A stretch of 64,000 nt of DNA from an uncultured Gemmatimonadales bacterium (lineage in GTDB: Bacteria; Gemmatimonadota; Gemmatimonadetes; Longimicrobiales; RSA9). The stretch spans positions 64,001-128,000 of the forward strand of contig CAWAMW010000015.1 in the NCBI GenBank assembly GCA_963783305.1, in the 5' to 3' direction. A program made the translations under genes and the position numbers. Shown here piece after piece: positions 26,818-35,194 of the stretch; within the stretch, counting starts at the first letter, position 1, and each line of letters opens with the position of its first letter. Below the pieces are notes generated by a model, which saw only the letters and a program-made list of their open reading frames with translations, did not search any database and was not told the origin of the DNA.

Positions 26818-27150
26818 TCAAAGCAGGCGCGCCCCGGGCGGCACATCCCCATCCGGAACGCACAGCGACACCCGCCCCTGCTCGTCGTGGAAGCCCGTCA
26901 CCAGGCACTCCGACTCGACGGGGCCGATCTGCTTCGGCGGGAAGTTCACCACGCCCACCACCATCCGCCCGACGAGCTGATCCGGCTCGTACAGCTCCGT
27001 GATCTGTGCGCTCGACGTGAGCACGCCGATCTCCGGCCCGAAATCCACTCGCAGCACGTACGCCGGCTTCCGCGCTTCCGGGAACTGGCGCGCCTCGATG
27101 ATCCGGCCCGCCCGCAGATCGACGCGCTCGAAATCCTCCCAGGTGATCAT
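26818..27150 (-). CDS. csaA: tRNA-binding OB-fold protein / export chaperone CsaA
   Basis: [47 protein letters not shown]...SECLVTG. Confidence 0.93.
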   Translation of the reverse strand: MITWEDFERVDLRAGRIIEARQFPEARKPAYVLRVDFGPEIGVLTSSAQITELYEPDQLVGRMVVGVVNFPPKQIGPVESECLVTGFHDEQGRVSLCVPDGDVPPGARLL

Positions 27151-27159
27151 GTCGTGACG

Positions 27160-27648
27160 CTACCGCTCGTCGGCCGTGGGGCCGTAAATCGACGGCAGCG
27201 GCACGTCCAGGAGCCGGAGGTAGACCGTCAGCTGACCGCGATGGTGGATCAGATGGCTCAGGTGTTGTCTGGCCGCCGTGCGCCGGGGAGCCGCGAACAT
27301 GACCCTGTCGCCGTGGCGGAGCGTCCACTCCACGTCCAGCGCCTCACCGGTGACGTCCCGAAGCGCTTCCCGTGACGTGGCCGCCCCGTCCTCGAACACC
27401 TCGAGCAGCGCTTCCGTCGGCTCGAAGCTGTACTTCAGGTCGGATTTCGCGAAGTCGAGCTCCGTCGCCGTGAGCGTGGAGCCGATCCACGCCGGCATCC
27501 ACGCCACCAGCTGCGCCAGGTGCCCCAGTGGGAACGACTTCTCGTGCGGCTTCCACTCGCCGTGCTCGGTGGGCACCCGCGCCAGCAGCCGCCGCGTGGC
27601 GTCCATCTCGTAGTCGAACTCGTCCAGCGGGATCAGTGGCTCACTCAT
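27160..27648 (-). CDS. DinB family protein
   Basis: WKPHEKS..LG.LA; HLIHHRGQLTVYLRLL.VP.PSIYGP. Confidence 0.9.
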   Translation of the reverse strand: MSEPLIPLDEFDYEMDATRRLLARVPTEHGEWKPHEKSFPLGHLAQLVAWMPAWIGSTLTATELDFAKSDLKYSFEPTEALLEVFEDGAATSREALRDVTGEALDVEWTLRHGDRVMFAAPRRTAARQHLSHLIHHRGQLTVYLRLLDVPLPSIYGPTADER

Positions 27649-28651
27649 CGGGTTCCTCCGCAGTGGATGGGGCGCGACCGCCCCAGTGCTCGAAGACCGC
27701 TCCGGACACGGCGCGGATCAGCGCCTCGCCTTCATTGTCCCGTTCCCAGCGCGCGTCCTCCTGCTCGCGGGTCATGATGCACAGTACGTAATCGCCGGCG
27801 GGCGCATTGACCAGAAGCACCTCCGACCGCGCGCGGCTCACCGCGCCGGGCTTCGCCGCCACGTTCACGTCCGCGGGCAGGACCGAGGTCGCACCGTCGG
27901 GCCACCAGCTCCTGCTCAGCAGCCGGTACATCTCGTTCGAGGCCTCCTCGCTCACGACCGCGCCGTTCCGGATCATGGTCAGCAGCCGCGCCATCTCTCT
28001 CGGTGTGCTCTGGCCCCAGCCGTAGACCTCCCAGTCACCGTTCCGGCCGTCGACCCGCGAGTTGACCCGCGTGTGCTCGAAACCCCGCTCGGTCAGCCAC
28101 TCGTTCACCTCGCCACCGCCCACGAGACCCTGGATCCACAGGCTCGCCGTGTTGTCGCTCAGCACGATCATCTGGACCGCGAGCTGCCAGAGCGACAGCT
28201 CCGACCCCGCACTCAGCTTGTTCACCAGATCCTCCTCGCTCTCGTAGTACAGCGAGTCCGCATACTCCAGGCGCGCATCCAGATCCAGCCGCCCCTCCGC
28301 CGCCGCCTCGTACAGCCCGATCAGCAGCGGCACCTTCACCATGCTCGCCGTCGGATAGATCTCGTCCGCGGCAATGCTCACTTCCGCGCCGGTCCCGAGC
28401 CGCCGGGCGTACACCCCCACGTGTCCGCCGAACCCGTCGAGCAGCCCCTGCAGCTCGGCCTCCAGCTCCCGGTCGGTCGCGTCCGCACCGGGGTCGGCGG
28501 CGGCGGCGGTCCGTGCCGTTGCGCCCGATGAGCACGCAAGCGCGGGCAGGATGACCAGGGGCAGGAACATCAGCGGACGAGTCCATGGGGGCCGGCGGCG
28601 GAAGGGTCGGGCCGCGGACGGTGACGCTGACGGTGGAGTCGGGAGGCGCAT
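27641..28651 (-). CDS. Serine hydrolase with class A beta-lactamase-like fold, lipoprotein; start may be 28572
   Basis: YPTASMVK (SxxK), MIVLSDNTAS (SDN), STPREM and AAKPG motifs; lipobox ALAC. Confidence 0.82.
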   Translation of the reverse strand: MRLPTPPSASPSAARPFRRRPPWTRPLMFLPLVILPALACSSGATARTAAAADPGADATDRELEAELQGLLDGFGGHVGVYARRLGTGAEVSIAADEIYPTASMVKVPLLIGLYEAAAEGRLDLDARLEYADSLYYESEEDLVNKLSAGSELSLWQLAVQMIVLSDNTASLWIQGLVGGGEVNEWLTERGFEHTRVNSRVDGRNGDWEVYGWGQSTPREMARLLTMIRNGAVVSEEASNEMYRLLSRSWWPDGATSVLPADVNVAAKPGAVSRARSEVLLVNAPAGDYVLCIMTREQEDARWERDNEGEALIRAVSGAVFEHWGGRAPSTAEEPDE

Positions 28652-28686
28652 GGCTAGCTCGGGGTGATGTGTGAAGGCTGCGGGAT

Positions 28687-28702
28687 CGGAGCGTATCTTG
28701 CA
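28687..28702 (+). promoter_or_regulatory. Putative sigma54 -24/-12 promoter
   Basis: CGGAGCGTATCTTGCA = GG-N10-GC with TTGCA, 40 nt before the ATG at 28743. Confidence 0.5.
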
Positions 28703-28742
28703 CGCCGCGAAGTCGACGCGCCATTCCCTCCGAGGAGAGTTC

Positions 28743-29120
28743 ATGTCCATCCGCACACTCTCGACCGTTGCTCTGGCACTCGGACTCGCCACGGCCTGTG
28801 CCCCCGGCACGGGCGGCCAGGCGCCCTCCCCGTCGGACGGGGTCACGACGATCAGCGTGATCCACGATGTCCGTTCGGCGACATCGCTCACGGTCTTCCT
28901 CGTCACGCCGACCCGCGCGGAGCGGCGGCTCGGCGTGGTGCGGCCCGGGAGCGTGGAGCGGTTCGAGTTCACGGACCCGCCGATCTCGGGTCAGTACCGG
29001 CTGATCGCTCGCCTGTCCAACGGCCGCACGTACACGTCGCGGGAGTTCATCCTCCTGGGGCGCGACGGAGTGGAGTGGAGCCCGGGCGACAACATCGTGT
29101 CACCGATCTCGCGGAACTGA
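28743..29120 (+). CDS. Small beta-rich lipoprotein, hypothetical
   Basis: GAGGAG RBS; MSIRTLSTVALALGLATAC lipoprotein signal. Confidence 0.8.
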   Translation: MSIRTLSTVALALGLATACAPGTGGQAPSPSDGVTTISVIHDVRSATSLTVFLVTPTRAERRLGVVRPGSVERFEFTDPPISGQYRLIARLSNGRTYTSREFILLGRDGVEWSPGDNIVSPISRN

Positions 29121-29154
29121 CCCGTGCCCGTGGCCCCTCCTCGAGACTCAGCGC

Positions 29155-29475
29155 ATGGGTAAGCGTCGCGAAACCCGCCACTCCGATTCCGTCCCCCGGA
29201 CGCTCCACACGGAGCGCGTGGTGGATACCCTCGACCTGCACGGCTTCACCGGGGACCAGGCGGAGCGTCGTCTGGAGATGTTCCTCGACCGCGTGGCGGC
29301 CGCCTCGCCGAACACCGTGGTGAGGATCATCACGGGGCGCGGCTCCGGATCGGCCGGCCCGCCGGTACTCCAGGGGCTCGTGCGCGACGCGCTCACCGGG
29401 TGGCTCGAGCACCGGGTAGCGGAATGGGCGGTGGACCTGGGCGGTGGTGCCTATCTGGTGCGGGTCAGGCGCTGA
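29155..29475 (+). CDS. Stand-alone Smr (MutS2 C-terminal) domain protein
   Basis: TLDLHG, VRIITGRG.GS and GGGAYLVRV motifs. Confidence 0.88.
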   Translation: MGKRRETRHSDSVPRTLHTERVVDTLDLHGFTGDQAERRLEMFLDRVAAASPNTVVRIITGRGSGSAGPPVLQGLVRDALTGWLEHRVAEWAVDLGGGAYLVRVRR

Positions 29476-29537
29476 CGGCCGGGGCGACGTACCTTCCCGG
29501 GGACCCGTCCACACACCGACAACGAGAGGTGCGCACC

Positions 29538-30671
29538 ATGGCCGCCGCGACTCCGGTCGACCCCGATGGCCTGCTCGAGTACTCCGTGGTCTTCACCGAC
29601 CGCTCGCTCAACCACATGTCCGCGCGGTTCCAGCGCGTCATGCGGGACATCTCCGAGACGCTCCGGAACACATACGCCGCGGCCGCCGTCGTGGTGGTCC
29701 CCGGCGGGGGCACCTACGGCATGGAGGCCATCGCCCGCCAGTTCGCCCACGACCGCAGCTGCCTCGTGGTCCGAAACGGCTACTTCAGCTATCGCTGGAG
29801 CCAGATCTTCGACACGGGCAGGATCACGGACAGCGTCGTCGTGCTGAAGGCGAAGCCGGCGGCTGCGGGGCCCCGAGCGGCGTGGGCGCCGCCGCCACTG
29901 GCGGCGACGCTCGCGGCGATCCGGGAGCACGAGCCCGACCTGGTCTTCGCGCCCCATGTGGACACGTCCTCCGGGATCATCCTCCCGCCCGACTACCTGC
30001 GTGCCCTCGCGGACGCCGTCCACGCCCACGGCGGCCTCTTCGTCCTGGACTGCGTGGCGTCCGGCGCGGTGTGGGTCGACATGCGCGAGAGCGCCGTGGA
30101 TATCCTGCTCTCGGCGCCGCAGAAGGGGTGGAGCGCGCCGCCGTCCTCGGCTCTCATCATGCTCGGCGAGGAGGCCGCCGCTCGGTTGGAGCAGACGCAC
30201 AGCAGCAGCTTCGCCTGCGATCTGCGACGGTGGCGGGAGATCATGCGCGCCTACGAGGAGGGCGGACACGCCTACCACGCCACCCTCCCCACCGACGCAC
30301 TCACCCGCTTCCGCGACGCCATGCTCGAGACCGTCGAGATGGGCCTGAACGAGGCGGAACGGCGGCAGTGGGAGCTCGGAAACCGTGTCCGCGACCTCCT
30401 GGCGCAGCACGGGTTCCCCAGCGTCGCCGCACCTGGCTTCGAGGCGCCCGGCGTGGTGGTCAGCTACACCGACGATCCGCTCATCCAGAACGGAAAGAAG
30501 TTCGCCGAGGCCGGCCTCCAGATCGCCGGCGGCGTGCCGCTAATGTGCGGCGAGCCCGACGACTTCCGCACCTTCCGACTGGGCCTCTTCGGCCTGGACA
30601 AGTGGGAGGACGTGGACGGCAGCGTCCGGAAGGTGGAGGCGGCGCTCGAGGAGGTGGGCCGGACGGGATAG
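29538..30671 (+). CDS. Class V PLP aminotransferase (alanine-glyoxylate/serine-pyruvate type)
   Basis: LLEYSVVFTDRSLNHMS, PGGGTYGMEA, LDCVASG, SAPQKGW (PLP lysine) and FRLGLFG motifs. Confidence 0.9.
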   Translation: MAAATPVDPDGLLEYSVVFTDRSLNHMSARFQRVMRDISETLRNTYAAAAVVVVPGGGTYGMEAIARQFAHDRSCLVVRNGYFSYRWSQIFDTGRITDSVVVLKAKPAAAGPRAAWAPPPLAATLAAIREHEPDLVFAPHVDTSSGIILPPDYLRALADAVHAHGGLFVLDCVASGAVWVDMRESAVDILLSAPQKGWSAPPSSALIMLGEEAAARLEQTHSSSFACDLRRWREIMRAYEEGGHAYHATLPTDALTRFRDAMLETVEMGLNEAERRQWELGNRVRDLLAQHGFPSVAAPGFEAPGVVVSYTDDPLIQNGKKFAEAGLQIAGGVPLMCGEPDDFRTFRLGLFGLDKWEDVDGSVRKVEAALEEVGRTG

Positions 30672-30700
30672 CAGAGCCGGATCGCAGCCCAGCACAGCTG

Positions 30701-30843
30701 CGGACCAGGTTCCATATTCCACTTTACGCAGTTCGGGCCCCCAAGCACGGGCAGCGCCGCGGACCGCGGCAGGGAAGGATCAAGGTCGGGCCGGCCATCA
30801 GCATAGCTGAATGGGTCGAAAGTGGAATATGGAACCTGGTCCG
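30701..30843. repeat. 143-bp element bounded by 25-bp perfect inverted repeats (REPIN/MITE-like)
   Basis: CGGACCAGGTTCCATATTCCACTTT (30701-30725) and its exact reverse complement (30819-30843). Confidence 0.85.
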
Positions 30844-30866
30844 GTACGTTATGGTCCGGTACGTTA
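30837..30866. repeat. 15-bp tandem duplication at the right end of the inverted-repeat element
   Basis: TGGTCCGGTACGTTA x2 (30837-30851 and 30852-30866); the second copy holds the stop codon of the DUF6702-like gene. Confidence 0.85.
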
Positions 30867-31442
30867 CACCGACCCCACCACCGCTTCCCCCTCCCCCGCG
30901 GTGAAATACACCGTCTCCTGCGACCGCTCGGGGAACCGGACGAACTTCATGACGTTGCGCTGATCGTCGAACAGCTCGAAGAGGAGTGTGTTGCGGACGG
31001 TGAATCGCGCGATCGGGGCGTCGGCCTGATACCGCACGACCACCCACCAGGCGGGGTGCCGGTCCAGCTGGTCCTCGCCGCTCTCCACGATCGAGGGCGT
31101 CAGCAGAGCGCCGTCCAGCTCGACCCGCAGGTGGTCGCGCAGGTAGCGGAGGACCAGCGCGTCGGCCTCGGCGCCCCGCGTCAACGTAACCATGTCCGCT
31201 CCCAGGAGGGGACCCAGCGCCTGCTCCAGCTCGTGCTTGAAGAAGCGCAGCCGTCCCGCCATGACGCTCCCCTCGATGGCTATGTCGGCCGTAACGGTGT
31301 GGAGGTCGTGAACGGGCAGCAGCTCCGACGGGCCCGCGTCCGCCGGCGCCCCTCCTGCTCCCGACGTGGAGAGCAGGAGGAGCAGCGGCGGAAGGAGCCG
31401 CCGGACCCCGGCGTGTCCGGGGCTACGGGGTCGCGCTCGCAT
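30864..31442 (-). CDS. DUF6702-like secreted protein; start uncertain
   Basis: Hydrophobic signal; HDLHTVTADI, RFF..ELE.AL, YL..HL and NTLLFELFDDQRN motifs; lies directly after an M1 peptidase. Confidence 0.7.
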   Translation of the reverse strand: MRARPRSPGHAGVRRLLPPLLLLLSTSGAGGAPADAGPSELLPVHDLHTVTADIAIEGSVMAGRLRFFKHELEQALGPLLGADMVTLTRGAEADALVLRYLRDHLRVELDGALLTPSIVESGEDQLDRHPAWWVVVRYQADAPIARFTVRNTLLFELFDDQRNVMKFVRFPERSQETVYFTAGEGEAVVGSV

Positions 31443-33549
31443 TGCTTTCGACGCCCGCCGCGACCCAGGTGTTGTTGTCGCGATCGATGTCGGCAAAGGA
31501 CTCGTCGGGGTCGATCGTGACGCTCACCAGGTCGCGGTCGCTGAAGAAGCCCTTGGTGAAGGAGAGCTCGTTGTTGCGCCAGACGTCCACGGGGAGGTCG
31601 AAGCGCTCGGTGGTGCCGTCGGTGTAGACCGCTTCGATCTCCAGGGGCATGACCAGACCGCCCCGGTTCTCGACGGTGACGCGGTAGTAGTGGCTTCCAT
31701 TCTCCGCGGTACCCAGCAGCTCCGTGGCGTCCTGCGCGGAGACGTCCGCGATGGCCTGGTCGTTGGCGTGCGTGGTGTAGAACCAGCCGCGCCAGAACCA
31801 GTTCATGTTCTCCCCGGCGCCCTCCTCCATGGAGCGGAAGAAGTCGGCGGGCTGCGGGTGCTTGAACGCCCACGTCTTCGAGTAGCCGCCGAAGGCGTCA
31901 TCGAAGGCCTCGTTGCCGAGCACGTCCTCGCGGAGCATGTGGAGCCCGGTGGCGGGCTTGGCGTAGCCGTTGTTCCCGAAGTCCTTGTGAATGAGGTCGG
32001 ACTCGGTCATGATCGGGACCTGGTCCGGGTCGCGCATGTACCCGACGATCTCGGGCGCCGGCCCGCGCCGGCTCGGGAACGTGCAGTCCGCGGTCTGCGT
32101 CCACTGCTCCCCGCAGTAGGTGCCCGCGTAGTCCTGCTCGCCGTAGTACTGCAGGAAGGTGTTCAGCCCCTCATCCATCCAGGTCCACTTCCGCTCATCA
32201 CTGGCGACGATCATGGGGAACCAGTTGTGCCCCACCTCGTGGACCGTGACGGCGATCAGGCCCTGCTCGGTGCGATCGGAGTAGCTGCCATCGGGCTGGG
32301 GGCGCGCACCGCAGAAGGCGATCATGGGGTACTCCATGCCGCCGGCGGGCCCGTTGACGTTCACGACCTTCGGGTACGGGTACTCGAACGCCATCCGGCC
32401 GTACGTCTTGAGGGTCTGGAGGGTCGCCCGGGTCGAGACCTTGTCCCAGAGCGGCATGGCCTCCCGCGGGTAGAGCGAGTGCACCTGGATGACCCGCGGG
32501 TCCCCGGGGTAGCGGAACCCGGCGGCGTCCCAGACGAAGGTCCGGGAGCTCACCCAGGCGAAGTCGCGGACGTTCTCCGCCCGGAAGTGCCAGGTCAGCG
32601 TACCGCTCCGGGACGGGCGGCTGGCGGGGTCGTCGACCTCGCTGGCGGTCCGGATGAAGACCGGCTCCTCACTGGTGTACGCCCGCTCGAGTCGCGCCCG
32701 CTGTTCCCCGGTCAGCACCTCGCCGGGGTTCTGGAGCACGCCGGTGGCATCGACCATGTGGTCCCACGGGACGGTCAGCTTCACGTCGTAGTCGCCGAAG
32801 TTCAGGTAGAACTCGCCGCGACCGAGGAACTGCTCCGTCTGCCAGCCGTTCACGTCGTCGTAGACGCTCATGCGCGGGAACCACTGCGCCATCTCGTAGA
32901 GCCAGCCGCCGTCCATGAGCTCCTTGCCGCCGCGGCCGCGGTCAGGCACCGGATACGACCAGTCGATCTCGAGCGCCACGCTGGAGCCCGCCTCCAGCGG
33001 CTGCGGCAGGTCCACCCGCATGATGGTGGCATTGATCCGGTGACGCGCGTCCACCAGTCGGCCATCACGGACGACCTGGACCCGCCGGATCCGGTGCCCG
33101 CCGTCGAACGGTTCCACGCCCACGAACCGGCGGAAGGCCTCGCTCACCTGCTCGGGCAGCGCGCCCTGGGTCCGGTAGCTCCGGCTGTTCTCCGGCGACC
33201 GCACGTTCTGATCGAGCTGGAGCCAGAGGAATCCCAGACGGTCGGGCGAGTTGTTGTGGTAGGTGATCCGCTCCGTCCCGGTGAGGACATGCGTCACCGT
33301 ATCGAGCGACGCCTCGATGACGTAGTCGGCGCGCTGCTGCCAGTAGGCGTGCCCCGGCGCCCCCGCGGCGTTCCGGTACTCGTTCGGGTCCGGCCACTCG
33401 TCCATGGGCCGGAAGATCGACCGATTGGTCTCGGAGCCATCGTCGTGGAGCCAGTTCTGGGCCGCGGCGGGCGATGCGAGCGTGAGCAGCAGGAGCGCCA
33501 CGGCCATGGAGGCGGGGCGCAGCGGCGCGTGAGGACGTGCGTATGTCAT
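31423..33549 (-). CDS. M1 family zinc aminopeptidase, secreted
   Basis: GGMEYP; HEVGHNWFPMIV...WMDEGLNTF (HEXXH-X18-E); N-terminal YRNAAGAPG..YWQQRADY. Confidence 0.92.
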   Translation of the reverse strand: MTYARPHAPLRPASMAVALLLLTLASPAAAQNWLHDDGSETNRSIFRPMDEWPDPNEYRNAAGAPGHAYWQQRADYVIEASLDTVTHVLTGTERITYHNNSPDRLGFLWLQLDQNVRSPENSRSYRTQGALPEQVSEAFRRFVGVEPFDGGHRIRRVQVVRDGRLVDARHRINATIMRVDLPQPLEAGSSVALEIDWSYPVPDRGRGGKELMDGGWLYEMAQWFPRMSVYDDVNGWQTEQFLGRGEFYLNFGDYDVKLTVPWDHMVDATGVLQNPGEVLTGEQRARLERAYTSEEPVFIRTASEVDDPASRPSRSGTLTWHFRAENVRDFAWVSSRTFVWDAAGFRYPGDPRVIQVHSLYPREAMPLWDKVSTRATLQTLKTYGRMAFEYPYPKVVNVNGPAGGMEYPMIAFCGARPQPDGSYSDRTEQGLIAVTVHEVGHNWFPMIVASDERKWTWMDEGLNTFLQYYGEQDYAGTYCGEQWTQTADCTFPSRRGPAPEIVGYMRDPDQVPIMTESDLIHKDFGNNGYAKPATGLHMLREDVLGNEAFDDAFGGYSKTWAFKHPQPADFFRSMEEGAGENMNWFWRGWFYTTHANDQAIADVSAQDATELLGTAENGSHYYRVTVENRGGLVMPLEIEAVYTDGTTERFDLPVDVWRNNELSFTKGFFSDRDLVSVTIDPDESFADIDRDNNTWVAAGVESNASATP

Positions 33550-33713
33550 TGGATCTGTCCGAGGTGCTGCGGGCGGGGCCAGTCGCCGAGGTTAACTATA
33601 GCAGGGGACGCGTGAATCGGCGAAAGCGTTGCGCGTCAGCGTGGGTGGCGGCACGAGCGCTGCGGACCGCGCAGGGGCTCGACGCGCGGCCGGTGGCCTC
33701 GTACCATTCCGCC

Positions 33714-34349
33714 ATGGATGAATCGACGCTGGACATCGATGCGCTGGAAGGGCTCGCGAACGTCGAGCTGGCGCGGGCGCTGGAGGCCACCCTCCAGGCG
33801 CTGGAAAAAGACACGGAGATCCTGCTCTTCATGGGCGCCGGGTGCGCGGTCTGTCCGCACCAACTGCGGTCGCTGGCGACGGTCGCCCTGGCGAGCCCGC
33901 GGGTCGTGCTGGACGTGGTGGACGCGGCCAGCGAGCCGGAGCTCGCGGCCCACTACGAGGTGCGGAGCGTGCCCACCACCGTGGTGGACGACGAGCTGAT
34001 CATGGTGGGCGTCGTTCCGCCGGACGAGATGGCGCTCCGGCTGGTCGAGCGGCAGGGGCCCGAGCCGGCGAAACGGGTGTTCGCGGCCCTGGTCGCCTCA
34101 GACCGCGTGGCGGACGCCGCCGAGCGGCTGGCGGACGGACGCGGGGCGGAGGCGTTCCTGGAGATGTGGGCGGCGGCCGACGGCGCGGAACGGATCCGGC
34201 TGATGCAGGTCGCGGAGGATTCGCTCCTGTACGATCCGCAGGGGATGGATCCCCTCATGCCACGCCTCCGGCAGGGATTGGAGAGTGCGGATGAGGATCG
34301 GCGCGCCGACACGGCGGAGCTGCTGGAACGGATCGAGGCCGGGGAGTAA
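33714..34349 (+). CDS. Thioredoxin/glutaredoxin-like protein (AhpF-NTD/PDO-like) with helical C-terminal extension
   Basis: CAVCP CxxC motif; YEVRSVP cis-Pro motif. Confidence 0.78.
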   Translation: MDESTLDIDALEGLANVELARALEATLQALEKDTEILLFMGAGCAVCPHQLRSLATVALASPRVVLDVVDAASEPELAAHYEVRSVPTTVVDDELIMVGVVPPDEMALRLVERQGPEPAKRVFAALVASDRVADAAERLADGRGAEAFLEMWAAADGAERIRLMQVAEDSLLYDPQGMDPLMPRLRQGLESADEDRRADTAELLERIEAGE

Positions 34350-34391
34350 CGGGCTGTAGATCGCACGAAGACCCCCCACCGTCACCGCAGA

Positions 34392-34781
34392 TCAGGCGAG
34401 CCGGTGGCCGCCGCCGTGCGCGTGCTCGTGACCCGCGCAGGCCGACGCCGGATCCAGCCGCGGCAGAGATCCGGCGCGGTATGCCTCCAGCGCTCCCGCC
34501 ACCGTCCACTCCTCCGTCACCAGAACCTGCATTCCCTGCCCTTCCAGGTTCATCAACGCCCGCCGACCCAGCCCGCGGCACACCACCACTCCGATCCCTT
34601 TTCCTTCCAGGCTCCGCGTCGGAGCGCACTGCCCGTGCTCGTGGCGCGCGTGCTCGTTCTCGATCGCACTCGTCGCCCCCGTCTCGCTATCCACCACCGT
34701 GAACCACGGGGCGCTCCCGAAGTGCGGCGACAGCCGCGCGCTCAACCCAGCCTCACTCACCGTCGGAATGCACAGCCTCAT
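34392..34781 (-). CDS. NifB/NifX-family (dinitrogenase FeMo-co biosynthesis-like) protein with His-rich tail
   Basis: LSPHFGSAPWFTVVD, EN...HGQC.P, VVCRGLGRRA and ACAGHEHAHGGGH. Confidence 0.85.
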   Translation of the reverse strand: MRLCIPTVSEAGLSARLSPHFGSAPWFTVVDSETGATSAIENEHARHEHGQCAPTRSLEGKGIGVVVCRGLGRRALMNLEGQGMQVLVTEEWTVAGALEAYRAGSLPRLDPASACAGHEHAHGGGHRLA

Positions 34782-35064
34782 GACCTGCTCCTCTCTCTAT
34801 GATCAGCGCCTTCGATTCCACCAGCGACCGGATCACCTTCGCCCGACCCGATACCAGCAGCCGCTGCACCGTCCCGCGCGACACCCCCATGCGCTCCCCC
34901 GCACCCTCCTGGTCGTGCCCCTCCAGATCGCACAGGCGCATGGCCTCCAGCTCATCCAGCCCCATGACCACGCGCTCCAGCTCCGACATGGGGATGCTGC
35001 GGGGCTTGAAGACCGCGTCGCCGTCGAACGCCCGGCAGGTGCGTCGCTTGTGAGGTCGGGGCAT
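34753..35064 (-). CDS. DUF134 putative DNA-binding protein
   Basis: MPRP..RR, FKP, DELEAMRLCDLEG.DQE.AG.RMGVSRGT.QR.L.SGRAKV...LV. Confidence 0.92.
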   Translation of the reverse strand: MPRPHKRRTCRAFDGDAVFKPRSIPMSELERVVMGLDELEAMRLCDLEGHDQEGAGERMGVSRGTVQRLLVSGRAKVIRSLVESKALIIERGAGHEAVHSDGE

Positions 35065-35076
35065 GGCTCTCCGTTT

Positions 35077-35116
35077 TGTGCATATGCACATTACCCGCTC
35101 GCGTGCCACACCGCAA
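35077..35116 (-). promoter_or_regulatory. Sigma70-type promoter with an overlapping 14-bp palindromic operator
   Basis: Minus TTGCGG-N17-TAATGT; perfect palindrome TGTGCATATGCACA at 35077-35090. Confidence 0.65.
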
Positions 35117-35136
35117 GGCCGCGCTGCACGCACACG

Positions 35137-35171
35137 AAAACGCCGGGGCGGTCCCTCGACCGCCCCGGCGT
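35137..35171 (-). terminator. Intrinsic terminator after the LVIVD gene
   Basis: ACGCCGGGGCGGTC-CCTC-GACCGCCCCGGCGT, a 14-bp stem, followed by TTT on the minus strand. Confidence 0.8.
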
Positions 35172-35194
35172 CTTCGACTCTCCGCATGCAGCGG

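Noticed and set aside
27641..28651. A true class A beta-lactamase resistance gene
   Set aside because: SxxK and SDN are present, but the triad is KPG and no ExxLN omega-loop motif is visible. It is more likely a PBP-like or other serine hydrolase.
34392..34781. Nitrogen fixation gene
   Set aside because: NifB/NifX-like domains beside DUF134 are common in non-diazotrophs, and there is no nifHDK in the window.
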